The notes under the pieces: generated by a model
Told to the model about the DNA's origin: nothing
Databases searched by the model: none
The model's input: the letters and a program-made list of their open reading frames with translations, nothing else
Translations under genes and position numbers: made by a program
Part shown: positions 27,030-64,000 of the stretch, piece after piece
Layout of the letters: every line of letters begins with the position of its first letter
Numbering within the stretch: the stretch's first letter is position 1
Assembly: GCA_964035545.1 (NCBI GenBank)
Contig: OZ037767.1
Location: forward strand, 8,008,581-8,072,580
Reading direction: 5' to 3'
Length of the DNA: 64,000 bases
Source of the DNA: Bugula neritina
Taxonomy: Eukaryota; Animalia; Bryozoa

Positions 27030-27940
27030 ACTGGATCTGTAGCTCAAACAATAACTAAAGCAGAAGTTTTTCTTAAAAACCTTTTAATTAGTGATAGGAG
27101 ACTATTTAAACAAGTTAAACCTAACAAATACTACATCTAACTGAATTATATATAATTCCAGAATTTTTTTACCGTATCAAGTTAAAACTGTCAGCTATAA
27201 TAAGAAGTAAACTCAAATTTAGTTTCTTACCTGACTTACCTTAAAAAGTGCTTGTATGCTGTATCTTACAAACAATGAAGAAAGAAAACTTGCGTAGTAA
27301 GTAAATATCTTTTACTTATATATTCTTTTTGATGCAAATGGTAACAAGCAGCTCTCAGCTATATAATTGGTCAATAGCTCAGTCAACATCATTACACATA
27401 GATCAACTATTATAATTCAACTTAGTACCTTTACTGGTATAATATATGTTTGTATTTAGATTTTAATTTCTACTATTTTCAATTTATGTAACACTTTCAA
27501 AGACTCCCTAGCAGAGCTGTTCCAAGTGGCCTAAACTAGTTTTTGGTAAATATAGAAACTTCTATTTGCCAACAGCGAATGGTGAGCTAAGTCAAATAGT
27601 ATAAGAGTGTTGTCAATTGTTGGCTTACTTGCAGAAGTTGTTTTTAGCTACTATCTATAGTCAGACAGACCTGCAGCGTGTTACGTATGCTAGACTAGGC
27701 TTGGTAGCAGGTTAAGTTACAAGTAACCTTCATAAAGTCAGCACACTGTGCATGGTTTGCTTGTAGAAACAAATATTGCTAATTGATTGACATGGTTTAT
27801 AATAATTTATTTTGAAGACTTTATTTCTAAACAAATATAAGAAGAATATATTCCTGTTGCCTTACAGAAGTAAATCAGATTCTGCAATATGTCATTTTAA
27901 TTTTTGTATAAAATTCTGAAAAGGTACACCAATTATTGGA

Positions 27941-27964
27941 GTTTGTTTGTTTGTTTGTTTGTTT
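27941..27964. repeat. (GTTT)n microsatellite
   Basis: Seen directly. Confidence 0.9.
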
Positions 27965-30900
27965 TCTTTATTTCCATCAAAAAAACAAAAACAAAAGGAC
28001 AAAAAAAATACAAATATACAACAGTAACACAAAAAGAGCTAAATTCAATTTATATGTAATATCAATCGAAGTCAATGAACTTTTTTAGTAATCATATTAT
28101 CTATTTATTGTTTTAGTTGAGTGATGAATTATTGAGTTGGTTGTATTCTCAATTAAATTCAATTCCCATGTCTCTTTATATCCTGATTAATTATTAAGTT
28201 AGAAAAAACATTTCTTTTATTAAATTATTTGAAAGGAACAAATAATATTACATATATGTTACATATAATATAGTCTTGCATATATATAGTGTTTTTTCAA
28301 TTAATTGTGTAATAGACATTTTTTGAGATTGTTGCAAATTTTTTCCTTATCTATACTTTTCTTTGTAAGGGCACAATTATGCTTGTACCACCTGTAAAAT
28401 AATCTTCACAAATTTCGCAACAGTAAAAGCTTTATTAAAATCTTGCATTTTTGGTTACTTTGATTTTTGTCGACAATGTGTGCCTATAAAAAAATCCCGG
28501 CTCTTCAAATATTTTGTCCACAATTGGCATGCATAAATATTTGTTAATACTGACTGCTTTTTATCAATGTTTAAAAAGGGATTATCCTAACTTAAATATT
28601 CTTATGTGTTTTTAATTAAACCCTTTTTTATATACTTTTCAATAGTAAAAGTGTTTATTTTATAGTGTCTATATATATAAGAAACCCTAATTAAGACATT
28701 AAAGATGTGAAATCGGCTAAATATTCAAGTCTACCAGTTATTTGAGTGAACCGCTGATCCAATCGAGGCATATATTGCATACAGACATACACATTGACAA
28801 GCACAATATAGTTTTAGGGTAAGTGTTATAGCAGGCATTTTATTGTCTTAGATTTAGAGCTCAATCAATGAATTTGCTTTTCAGCTTTTTAGTTTTGATG
28901 ATTATATCAAGCTTTATAAAAGCATTATTCATCGTAAATAGACAGATGACCGAATGAAGAGCTATAGCTTAGTCAATTCATTAGACCTCAAGTAACTCTT
29001 TAGATGATGTACTGTATTTTGGTAAAACTCTCATAAATTATGCATAAACAATGGTGTTTTATAATAACAATTAGTATTATACTGTTTTCTTTTAAAAATA
29101 TTTTCTATAAAACAATATTATATCCCGACATAGTTGTCAGATTTAATTAAATTCTCAATTTCTCAAAATTATTATAAATTAAACAATGATTTTTGCCATA
29201 AAAGTTTCTCAAAAACTCATTTCCTTTTATTCATTTAATATTGTAGCATATTGTTTCTGTTGCCTCAATATAATGCTTAAGCAATCAGTGTGGCGGACCT
29301 GTCCTTACAAGTTCCTGTACCAACAGACCAATCGGGCACATCAACATGGTGAACATCCTAGCAAAGACATCTACACAAATAGTCTCAGGTCATGCAGTTT
29401 TATTAACTTTGTGTAATCCCAGCAGCTTTATGCACTGTGTACATGTGCAAGATTAGCCTAACTTACCAGGTTCACATTAGAATCACAAGTGATCCTCAGC
29501 TGTTCACATGTGCACTCAGTTCACAACTATCACAAAGCTATACCCCAACCAAAAGCTATGATTTCATAACTTCAATCACAACATAGCCATAATCTTACAA
29601 CATGTGCATAAATTCCAGTAATAAATCATACAAGTTGCATGCCAGAAATACTGCAAAACAGTATAAAAACATAGAGTAGGCCAAATTCTTCAAGGTGCAA
29701 AAGTATAAGACCCCATTATTGATTCCTGTATTATATACTGCAAGTTATTAATTTTTAGCCTTTAAAATGTTGCAGTTTTATTTTGAAATTATATTTTAGA
29801 AATTTTGATTAGCCTTTTATAATATAAATAGAATTATCATAGCCTTTCGGAAAACCATTCAGAAATAATATCTGTTCATATATTGTATATAAAAACTAGT
29901 CAGCAGCCAATACAAAATATTTTACATTTGAAACATGAAACTGTGTAAATGACATTCTTACTAAAATTCTGTGGAGTAACATGTATCGTAAGAGATTACA
30001 GCCAGGCTGTTATATAAATAATTGGTTTTTAAAAAATTGCAATGCATGTATGTATACATTGAATGAGAGAAGTTTGATGTTTGATGATTGGAAAACAATA
30101 AGATTGGTTTACCAAATGGCATCGACTTACAATTTTTAAGTATGAAAGTATTATTACTTTGCCAGTTCTGTTAAGGTTGCCAATATATATAACCTATTGC
30201 AAAACCATGCACAATATTCAGGACAAATAGCACTTGAAACTATATACACATATAAATCATGCCACATATTTCCTATTTGACTGCATTACCAGCTTTTTGA
30301 TTAATAATCAATTGAGTTTTTCCCTAAGAGTGAACAAGCTCAACCTACATCCAATTCAAAATTGCAAATCCTGTTTTCTTGTGATTAGACTTTGATCCAA
30401 TTCAAATATTTATGTTGGTGGAAGCTTTGCAAAGAGCCATAGTGTAATAAGGTTAATGAATCTTTAATAAACTTTTTAATGTTCAACAAAGTCTTTTGAC
30501 TTTTGTCTTAGTGACTGCTTTGGACTCTTGAAATGATGGAAGTTGAATTTTAGTTTGCTAAGTTTAATTACTTGATCTAATATTCATTAATTTCCTGTAA
30601 AAAAACAGACACCCAACACTTTCCCTCTAGTTTTATTAATTATATTTTCTAATTAACTTTAATAATTTAAGATGTTGTCTTCTTTTCATCAATTGCATTC
30701 TTATAAAAATCCAGCATTTTATTTTTTGGCTGGCTGCATATAACTGGCCAATATTTGCTATAGAGTAATAGCTTTGAAATCGTTTTCTAAACTTAATTCA
30801 TTGATAGCTGCCGCACTATTTAACCTCGGTAGTTTCAAATATAAATAGTTTTGTCTAAGTTTTCAGCTACTCAGCCATCTGCTTGTTTCTAATTTCTTTA

Positions 30901-32854
30901 CAGTTCAAAAAGTCATAAGATTGAGTATTTTCTACACTTTCTAAAATTAGCAAAAGCACTCGGAGACAAAAAATTCTGGACTTTTGTATAAAATCAATAT
31001 TATATGCAAATTTAATGTCAATTATATTGAATAATTTACCTGAAAAAGTGTGAATTACCAACATTATATAAGATACAACAGTATATTTTTTTTAAGCCAC
31101 GGCATTCTAGTATAAACATTTTCTTTGTAATATATTTTGGATATTTTTTATTGGCATCTATTTGTATTGCTCATAAATAGCATGCTTAATAAACTGAATA
31201 CTACTTTTGCCTTTAAGTATAGACAAACGCTCTGAGATGAGAAACCTTTTATTGTAGTCAAAAGTCATTTTGAAACCATGGTTGCAATTTGTATATTTTC
31301 TAATTGATATAAACCAAACTTGAAGTGTATTTTCTTTCAACAAGAAAATAGTAAAACTAATATAATGTATTTTTACCAAGCATTTGAACTGCTGTTGTAG
31401 AATATGTAGTAAACACCCATGCTTGTGTATATTTTTTTCATTTGTCATGACAATATACTTATCTTTAAATAAGTATTTACAGCTATAAACCGCACCAATG
31501 CACTATTGCAGAGTTTTGTCTTGTTTTGTCTCATTTTAAAAATAACTGAACACTATCATAGCTCTGTTTAAGAACTAAATTTTATATAAACATGTTAACC
31601 TTTAAGAAACTGCTGATTTAAATACCATAAATAAACATCAATCTACAACAAGTTGTATTTCGGCCTAATCAATATCTAGCTAATTATATTTTAAATATAA
31701 GTAATCTTGACTCACAAGCAAAGTATGGCACTTCACCGAAAAACTTTCTCGCATATTTTTAAGGCAAGAACTTTTTATATTCAAAAATATAATAAAAAGC
31801 CGTAGGCCTACATTTATTTTTGCGCTGCAAATGCTTGCAGAAAAAGCTTAAAAATCAAACTTGGTATTGTTTTTTGACCAACTTACAAAAGTTGTTATTA
31901 AGACAACTGCACTACCTCCTTTCCTTTATTTATTGCAACCTGGTTAGTGTAATTGATTTTTGGATATATTCAAAATCAAAATTGATTATACCTATATGCT
32001 AAAGATATAGTTTTACAAGTTTCAGTTCTTTCTTTAGACATAGGCAAAAATTTATTTTACCTTAAAAAATAACATTTTTAAAACTTTTTTGTACAATTTT
32101 TGAGTCTGATAATGATAAGTTGTTAGGTGAAGATAATGTCATACAGCTATAAGTTTTATTAATGAGATGAAAGCTCCTACCGAAGATGTAATTCGAATAG
32201 TTAGATATGTATGATGTCATGAAATTGGTGAAATGATAGTAGTGGCAACTCTGATGCAGTTCACAATAAGGATGTGATTTTTTGTCAGTGTTTGTTGTAT
32301 ATAAGAAATATTTAATTAAAGAACACTGTAGAATTATAGAGTAAAACAATATTCCCACAAAGTCAATCAAAAATATTATACAAGCAATTTCTACTTTATT
32401 ATATTGTATGTATATGTTGTTATATAGTTGAAAAACCTGTCAGTCAAATGTTGAATTTCACTCTTAAATTCTAACTGAACATGTGAAAAATAGAGATGTA
32501 TATCTTTCGCTAACGAGAAAAGTTAATTTTATTACAAGGAAAATTTGTCTAACCTTCAAACACTAGAATAAAGTTTAGTATTTCAACTGTATGTATAAGA
32601 GCAGGCCTGTTTAATAACTGGTAATGCAACTTTTATGTATATAGATTTGATATTTACTCAAACCATTATGCCATTACTTTATCATATACTTTTCATAGAT
32701 AAGTTCAGCTTGTTTAGTAAATGAATGCTTGAAAGATAACAATGTTTGTTTACTTTTTCTATTTATGTAATAAATTATTACAAGCTAACTTCCTTCTAAT
32801 TTTTTGTCTGCTAATTTATTTTACACTGAATGTTAATAGAGTACAGATGGGAGA

Positions 32855-55871
<23,017 letters not shown>

Positions 55872-58800
55872 TTTTCATTCAAAGGTTTTTAAGGTTACCA
55901 AAATTTTCTGATATTTTTCAAATCAAAATCTGGATTTTTTTTTGCTGTCAACGCATCAAATAGATTCTATAATTTCTAAACTTTCTCAGGCTAGCAGAAA
56001 AAGCACTAGGAGACAGAAGGTCTTGATTTTTGTCATTTTACAATATTGTAAATTTGATGTTCTGTCAATTGACTTTTTACAGCTGACTCAGTTCTGTAGA
56101 CCTTGTGAGTAAATATTTTAGCGTCTAAATTATATCATTAAAAAATAAACATTTTCAATGTTGCATTTTGGGACATGGTTGCCACCGGCTAATGTTTGTA
56201 TTGCTCATAAATTACTTGATTGATATTATTTCAGCCCTTTCAGTATAGAAAAATGTCTGGAGATGAAAATTATTAATTATTCTGGTCAACAATTATTAAG
56301 AAAAACAATATTGTATTTTTTTATTTGAAATGCCAAATATTTATTGTGTTTGTTTAAAAAAAGCAGTAACTATAAACTTTTCAGTTCTTTTCATGCATTA
56401 GATGTGCTGTTTTATATGTTGTAAGCAACCACTTGTGTGTATTTTTTATTTATTCTTTCAACATTTTTTCTCTGAATCAATTTTTACAGGAAAAAATATG
56501 CATCAATGCACCACTTCTTTATCTTATACTCAGTTTTGTGCTTTTAGAACAAATATATTTTATTATCTTTTTTTTCTAAAATAAATTTTCTATAAACCCA
56601 AACACAAGTCAACTTATAATAGCTATTGAGATTTTTTGCACTCGACTGGGCTCGAGAACTGCACTTCATCTAGGCCAGGTTTCTGCCCATTCCATTCTGC
56701 CACTAGTAGTTAGTGCTTATACTTCAATTGCAAAGCTAGAATGTCTCAGCTATATAGCTAGCTACTGTTAGCTATTAAGCTGTTGCTTTAGAGAATAGCC
56801 TTTATTTTAAGTTATTTGTAACAAGCAGATGACTGATACAGTTAGTAACAATTATTTTACTAGGCATAAACCCACAAGGTAGCTACTTTTTATTACATTA
56901 TATTATTCTATATTCAAGTTTTGGTGTTTTGATAATTTATCTTCAATGAATAATGATATTTTTTGTACTTGTGTTTTTGTATTATAACTGTCAGTTGGTC
57001 ATTTATTATATAGTTAACATTGTTTGATAGATTTGGTAGTTGTTGATAAACTATTGGTCGCTGATTTATTTGTAGTTATAAGACATTGTTCATTATTATA
57101 CTAATTTTGACTGAGCCTTTTTAATACACAGTACTTCTAATAGACAATGCAAAAGCATAGTGTTTCCTTTCAGACGCAAGTATAATTTCTATAATTATTG
57201 CATCTGTTTTTATTATTCACAAATTATATGTTGTTTAGCATAGCGATACTTTACCTTTTAAGAGATAGAAAAATGCATGATTAGAGGAGAAAACTTTGGT
57301 TATTCACCACAATCACTTGTAAAAATTAGCTTGTATCTTGGGCATATATTTGTTTATAATTTTTATATGGGATAAACTATAGCTTTGTTTGTCAACTATA
57401 TATTATAACTGTTGTCAACTGCCAAATTACTAGCTAAAATTGCCAATGTTTAGCAGCATATATGAGTTGAACAGCATTCGTTTTCTTTTTTTGTCATTTT
57501 TTGTCAATAAGTGATGCAACAGCATTTCGATATGAAATCTATTTTTATTTAATGCAATGGCTGTCACTACTTTGGTCATTGAAATTTTCGTTAGTAAAAC
57601 GTTTATAGTAATGCTAATGCTGCTTTGATTGGCTTTCCAAACTTATATACAAGTTGAATGTTGTTATACAAACTTGCTAGATTATGTAATGTACTGTATG
57701 ATAAAATGTTTTAGATGTACAAGCATATTCTCCAGGTTATTTCAAATTTTATGTTGCAATATTTCACAAATATGACTTCGGATATTTTACTGTGTTCTGA
57801 AAAGTTTTTATGCTGCGGCATAAAAACTTTTTTTCGGCATTTTATTTTAGAAAATGCATCAATAAAAACACACATGTTTCTTTATAAAAAAACTTTATTC
57901 AGGCAGACATTCTTTTAACGGATGTTAAAAATATAACTCATCACCAGTAGGTTTGTATACTTATTACTCATTTGACAATAAATATCGTATTATGTTGCTA
58001 CTAAAAAGGATGATTATTTATGTCATATGTGGCAACACCTGCACTATAGCTGGTCATGATTTGCAACTCACTCAGTAATTAAATATGATTTTGGTTTAGG
58101 TTAAAAGATAAAAACTTTTGTTGGATTGTTTTTAATTTTTTGCTTTTTTTCATATGCAGAAAACATATTTTTTTTTATGTATTAGCTGCCTAAATAAACA
58201 TTATATGGTGATATATTGAAAAACTCTGTGTTTTCACTTGAAAATTGATCATTTAGAACTAATTATTTTTTCCTTCTGTTTCCAAATAAATTTTGCTATT
58301 GAATATTTTCCAATATGTCCGATAGTTCACCTAAAAAGCTTTTAATTTTGAGCATGTGGTTTAACTAGCCCCATGGCTCAACTAACCCAACTCTCCCATA
58401 CCTACTCGTTCAATTGGAAAAAGTCAGGTTAAAGTCATTTTTCATTTAAAGCCACACTCATTCTTTGTATACTACAGCAAAAACAACAATTATGTGTTTT
58501 AATGATGATTCATAATAGTTTGACATACAGTTGACCACCATATGAATATTAGCAGTTTGCTCCAAACACGTTTTATAAGCATAAAATCAGTTAAAGCATG
58601 TTATTGGGATTGCTTGATGTACAGTTCAAAGTTTTATTAAATATGCATATGTAGAAATGCACTCCCTGTTTTAGGTTGCAACAAATCATGAGCCTGTAGC
58701 TGTCCTCAATGAAGAACAAGATATTAATGGCCATAGTTGAGTGAAGTAAAATGTGCTTCTAGTTGCATGACATCTATTTAAAAACAAAATTAAACTGTTT

Positions 58801-58921
58801 TCTTTGTTTAATTTTACGTACTTTTTATAAGTATTTTATTTCAGGAAGTTTCCATCAATCTGCCAGTTTCCTCATCTATTGCTCCCACTCAAAAGAGCTG
58901 TTAAATTACTACTGGTGGTAG

Positions 58922-59609
58922 TTCCTCCTACTAATACTCAAACCCACCAGCCGGAGTTAGTACTAAGTCACCTACAAGAGATCCAGTACAGATTGGAGAA
59001 TCTATATTTTATAAATGTAAAGAAGGGAAAAATTAAGTAGGGGGATACCTTCAGCTGTAATCTGTGCTGAATACTGATTTGATGACCGAGTAGAAAAGAG
59101 AGCCACTTATCTGTGATAACTCAAGTAAGACATGCAGTTTAAGTAAGCCTATAAAAGATGGCAACTTGCAGATAAACATGCAGTGAAAGCTTATGATTAT
59201 TTTAAGAAAACATAAAAATATCTATAGCACATTAATTACAGTGCAACTCTTGCCCACATGATTGATGCTATATACTGGAATGGGCTTACAAAATTTTTCT
59301 TGTCAACATTTTGTTAGATTTGTCAGTTGTGATTGGACTATCAGTGGGCTTATCATTAGCGCTAATGGCAACAATGGTACTCTTAAGGGTCATCCTAATG
59401 CTAATAAGAAGAATGTTGATGAAAAAGAATAAAGACTTCCATGTGCCTGCCACAGATAGTAAAAACAAAGCATTAGCTTTAGAGTTGCCTTCTCCCACTG
59501 CATCACTTCTCTGCATAAAACATTTAAAAAAGAAGATGAGAGCTATGAAGTATTATAAGACCAAACAACTATTTCAAATCACAATAAACATCAGTTGATG
59601 TAAATTAAA
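58922..59609 (+). pseudogene. Decayed Sushi + TM + cytoplasmic-tail cassette, copy 3
   Basis: Sushi exon 58922-59124 has a frameshift, lost cysteines and in-frame stops. The TM exon from 59318 (VIGLSVGLSLAL) is frameshifted before KEDESYEVL*. Confidence 0.85.
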
Positions 59610-60374
59610 CATTTACTGTTTTTATTCTCATGTAATTAACATGCAGTCTGTGATAATATATGCATTTTAACTTTTGACAAACTATAGCCGTAATTGTTAT
59701 AAATAAACAGCAAATTGCGAAAGCTGTTATGAGGGCTTTGTCAACTATATGTATTATCAATCTCATGTTATTAAAGCTATGTAGTAACAACAAAGTTTGG
59801 CTGACAAATGAAGCAATAAATTTCACAGAAACATTTTGTCACTACAACACTAAAATACTGCGGTAATAACAGCGGTGTTGAGGTTTCCAAAAATGTTATA
59901 AAACTGTGTTCACATTAGTTGTTGGTCAAGCTAGTCACCTAGTTTTGGGAGTCAGTAAAATAAAGTAGCGGCCTAGCGTGCTGTTAACATTTGGGATTTT
60001 CCCAATAAACTGGAAATTTATTCAGTTCCTTGGTTTTTCCAGAATTTGTAGCGAGAGTTTTAAAACTATGCCCGGGTACGCAGCAATAGAACCGTAGTTC
60101 ACACGTCATAATAGAGACGTAGGTTTCCACGTAGGTTTAGCGACCTTGACTCCCTCATGCGCGTTTCACCTCGCATCCGTTACATGCTTCCCAACTTCAA
60201 TTTTGTGTACTCTTGGCTGATTTCATTCTCAGTACTCAATACATTATGTGAGAACCTCCATTGAAATATGTGTTGTTGTAAACGGCAAGATTTACCTTTT
60301 ACCTTTTTAGTTTCACACTCCAGTAACTCACGAATCATTAACAGTTACTCACTCTAAATCAAAGGGAGTTTAAT

Positions 60375-61040
60375 CACTGATACTATCACTGAAGTATCAG
60401 TATCACTGATAGTGATAATCATAATGATATCATGTTGATTTTCATTGTAATTGTCTGATCGGATATCTCCCAACTCCTAGTCCTATACTTGAAGCTTAAA
60501 AAGAAAAACTAAACGAGCTGAACTAAGACTTCAACTGTTGGTTTTAAAACTAAATTTGCAAACTAAAAGTAAAAGCAAAAGCATGAAAAGTTCGAATCTT
60601 TTAATTTTAAAAAGAATAGTTGTCGTTGATTAATACATTAAAAATTTTGTTTAATTAAATAAGGTTATACTTATTGTTATTGTTAATTTTATACTTTTGC
60701 CTAGTTTTATGGGCTATAGTGTTGTGCTTAGAGATTCAACTTTAAGGTTAGTAAATACTAAATTACTAGAAGTTAATTGTCATTAATCATATTCATTATG
60801 ATCATCACTGATGGTGATTTTGCTAAACTTAATGGAAAATTGCATGTTTTGTCAAAATGATAATCAAAATGCATGGTGATTGTCATTGTGAATAAAGGAT
60901 ACTGATAGTCATATTGACTTCGTAAGATGATAATAATAATGCTTTTGATTATCATAATCAAAAGTTTTATATTTAAATCATAGTCATACTCATACAGTCA
61001 TAGTCTTGCTGGTGATCATAATAATCATAATTTATCATGA
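60375..61040. repeat. ATC/GAT-rich low-complexity region, two patches
   Basis: Degenerate ATCATA/TGAT repeats at ~60375-60450 and ~60780-61040. Confidence 0.55.
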
Positions 61041-61137
61041 AATTAAGTTATAAAATAAATTAATAAATGCATAACTATATCGATATTGTTAAGTTGTTAA
61101 TGATATAATAGGTACTATCAGTATTAATATTACCACT

Positions 61138-61345
61138 CACGCAGGTTTATAGTCGCTATCTCTGTGAAAAACCCTGATGTAAAGGGTTTTTGTTGAAACG
61201 GCCTAAAGAGTGATTTTAGATGAGGCACAGAGAAATTATGACTAGATGTTTTTTTTAACAATACTAATGGCATTTGTCAGGGTTCAAACCCATGACTTTG
61301 TGTTTACTTGGCAAACACTCTAACCCCTAGACCACGGCTGCTCCC
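61138..61345 (-). mobile_element. Near full-length tRNA-derived SINE with 19-bp TSD
   Basis: Minus strand begins GGGAGCAGCCGTGGTCTAGGGGTTAGAG (A box) and has GGGTTTGAACCC (B box). Flanked by CAGTATTAATA(T/C)TACCACT at 61119-61137 and 61346-61364. Confidence 0.8.
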
Positions 61346-64000
61346 CAGTATTAATACTACCACTATCAATGACAATTTAAGTATTATTATAAAAATAATT
61401 CATGATATTTGAAATGAAATACATAATGATGGCAATAACTTTATGCTTTTATAATGTTTATAGAAATTATACTTTCTTTAACTTTAGAATTGTGATCAGA
61501 TTCCATGCAAACATCCTGCCTATCTAATACAATTCTTTGTGTTTTGTTAAAATATACATTAATAATCAACTATTTTCCTACAATTTGTTTGAAGTTTTAG
61601 ACTAAAAGGATATTATGACTTACCAGTGTGTACAAAGTTAGTAGTAGCAGCTTGTGTTTGTATTTCAAGGGTTTAATATATTAATAATGTAATATTGAAA
61701 ATTAGATCTGGAATTTTGATACATTGCACTGACACTTGAGATATTAATTCAATCTATTAATTTGGTGAATCAAAGTTGTCAAATGAGGCCAGAGTTATCA
61801 AATTACTCAGAGACTCATGTTTATGTGAGTTATTATTAGGCTGCACTGCCTTCCTAACTAGTACAAGTTTGCTATTGGAGTATATGAAGCATGTATGTAA
61901 TTTATTAGGCAGTATATTAGTAGTAGACTCGGTTGTTATAATGATTATATTTTGTGTTACATAACATTCCGATAGGATGAGCATGCTTCACTTTTATACA
62001 TTACATGTCACATTTTAAAAACCTTCTGGTTTTGTTTCGATTGACAAAACATCATTGAGAGAAACAAGAACTGACATATCTAAAGTTCTCATTCATTTTA
62101 AGACCTGAATATATTTATATTGAACTTTATTTATTGATGTCATTTTGTGACTTTTTTTGCATAAATTACTATTTGTCAATGCAGTTTTCACTCAAGGCTT
62201 AGGACATAGACTTAGGTTTATCTCCACTTGACAACTTTTGGGCTTGCAGCAGAGTTGATTCATTTTACAAGCAGATAACTAAGTTTTTTAACAACCCTTC
62301 CTCTCCATTGTTCAAACTTTTGTCACAAACGCCACATGCAGGTGACATTTTGGGCTACAGTATACTTAGCTTGCTAAGGAAATAGCCATTTCTGGAATGA
62401 AACTTGTTATAGTAACTAGCATAAGTTGTGATTCTGTAAAGAAAGCAGTCAATTTTTCAAACCAAAGCAAAAGCTTCAAACAAAAATTGAGCAAAGGTAT
62501 ACTTTTGTTACTGTTAACTGGCTCAACTAGGCCAGTTATATGTAGTTATCGGTGTTAAGCCTATCTGTTTTGACTCTTAGCCTTTAGTTTTAAATTTGCA
62601 AAATGTTGCAGTCTGATTAGTAAGCTTTTCACTCACATTTGATTCAAGTCTTCACTGAAACTAGAAAATAAAAGCTTGTGCAATGTGAAAAACAGTACCA
62701 TCAAACTTTTAGTTTAGTACATTGTTCTAAAAATGTACACCTGGTCAGATGCATGAAGCTGTTTTAATATATAACTTCATTATTAATAGTATTTTATCTT
62801 TCTGAAATATTGTCAGCAGCTTCCTTTGTATCTGTAACTGTTTTGTGAAAAAAAATTCTTAATAATTACGTTTTTTATTAAAACAAACCTAGTTTATAGC
62901 CTTTGTTATGATGAAGCCATGCCCATGTACCAAGAACTTCTTTTATGTTATGATTATTATAATTTACTAGAGAATTAAATACTATATAGTAAACGTATTG
63001 ACTAATTGAGAGATTATTATGAGAATATATGGATTTTGAGTAGATATCAGCTGTGATGTTGCTAGATAATTTGCCATATACTTGTGTACATTTTAAACAG
63101 CTTATAAATAAAGTTCTATTTTAGTGCTCTTCAAGTGTTTTCATTTTTGAGAAAAATAGTAACTTGTTTGAAATCCGATATTAAAAATATATTAGTTGCA
63201 AAAGTAATAACGGCATTAGCATTTTTTATTGAAAGTCATTTTAGATTATTTTTAGTTTTGGGAACGTAGGTTTCCTTACCTAAATACTTAATTCATATTG
63301 CTTTGTTCATTATTTGTACATTAATCCTATTAATTAAAAGTTAATAATTAATGAAGCATATATAAGAGAGATATGAAAACAGTGACTGATTATTTAAAGA
63401 ATCTAGTGTTTTAATAGCTGGATAAGTAGGCTACTCACATATGTTTCATCCCAACAATGATTAACCAGTATCAATAATGGTGTGGGCTTTCAAGGATGTG
63501 GAGTATAACTTCATATTATAATTTATAGTTTTTTTCAACTAGATTTATTTGTTCTTACAATAATGGCTCAATATTTTTCACATTGTTTTGTAATGTTTGG
63601 GGTTTAAACTTTGTTAACTATTATGTCAGTATCACTGTATTATTTCCATATATTCATTAAAGTATGGTTTGAAAAGTGACTATGGAATATTATAGAAAAT
63701 TTCTTTATAACAAGTTATACATTAGGCTTTACATATAAAACTCTGAATGGGTTGAGCATTTCTCAACTGTTCAAAGTCAAATTTTCTCAACTGAGTGTGC
63801 GATCAGCCTTTAATTTTGGATAGTTGAGAAAAACTCATTATTCTACACTGACTCAAGTGAGGTCTTGAACTTTGTAAACTTCAAGTTGTGTTCTGAAGTT
63901 TTGTTTATGTATATTCAGCTGAAAACATTTTTCTATTTCCCTAATGAATCTGTTCTTGCTGGTTTGTAAAAGCCTGCATAGTTTTTTGTGGCTAATTTTT

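Noticed and set aside
30330-30630. Possible decayed LINE/RT remnant on the minus strand (KVLGV)
   Set aside because: Single short motif with many stops; insufficient without a profile search.
61270-61345. tRNA gene (also considered at ~1140-1195)
   Set aside because: No convincing cloverleaf; it continues into a shared SINE body and has a TSD.

Overview
AT-rich, intron-rich eukaryotic DNA from an invertebrate animal (taxon not determinable here); no prokaryotic features or CRISPR arrays. Splicing the short ORFs by hand on GT-AG sites, with intron phases checked, gives: (1) the 3' 31 exons of a receptor protein tyrosine phosphatase (91-19980, +): 5 Cys-containing FN3 domains, a furin-site membrane-proximal domain, TM, an active-looking D1, a pseudo D2 and a YANF tail; (2) a two-exon orphan with a putative signal peptide (22271-23356, +); (3) a two-exon, minus-strand secreted Cys-rich peptide gene that the ORF track misses (27029-26546); (4) a 22-exon, ~1287-aa receptor (32855-55871, +): signal peptide, 3 F-type lectin domains, 5 FN3, the same membrane-proximal domain, Sushi, TM and a tail with ITIM-like/YxN motifs but no phosphatase. 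Gene 4 is an ectodomain paralog of gene 1 with a different signalling end. Its Sushi-TM-tail cassette also occurs as two decayed copies (24.4-25.2 kb, 58.9-59.6 kb). Introns of gene 4 hold a young inverted Penelope-like element with two minimal hammerhead ribozymes and a 3.7-kb Sola2-like foldback transposon. Best candidate for an undescribed system: a paired lectin/FN3 receptor cluster (phosphatase versus ITIM-tail) flanking a defence-peptide-like gene. All gene models are manual and lack transcript support.
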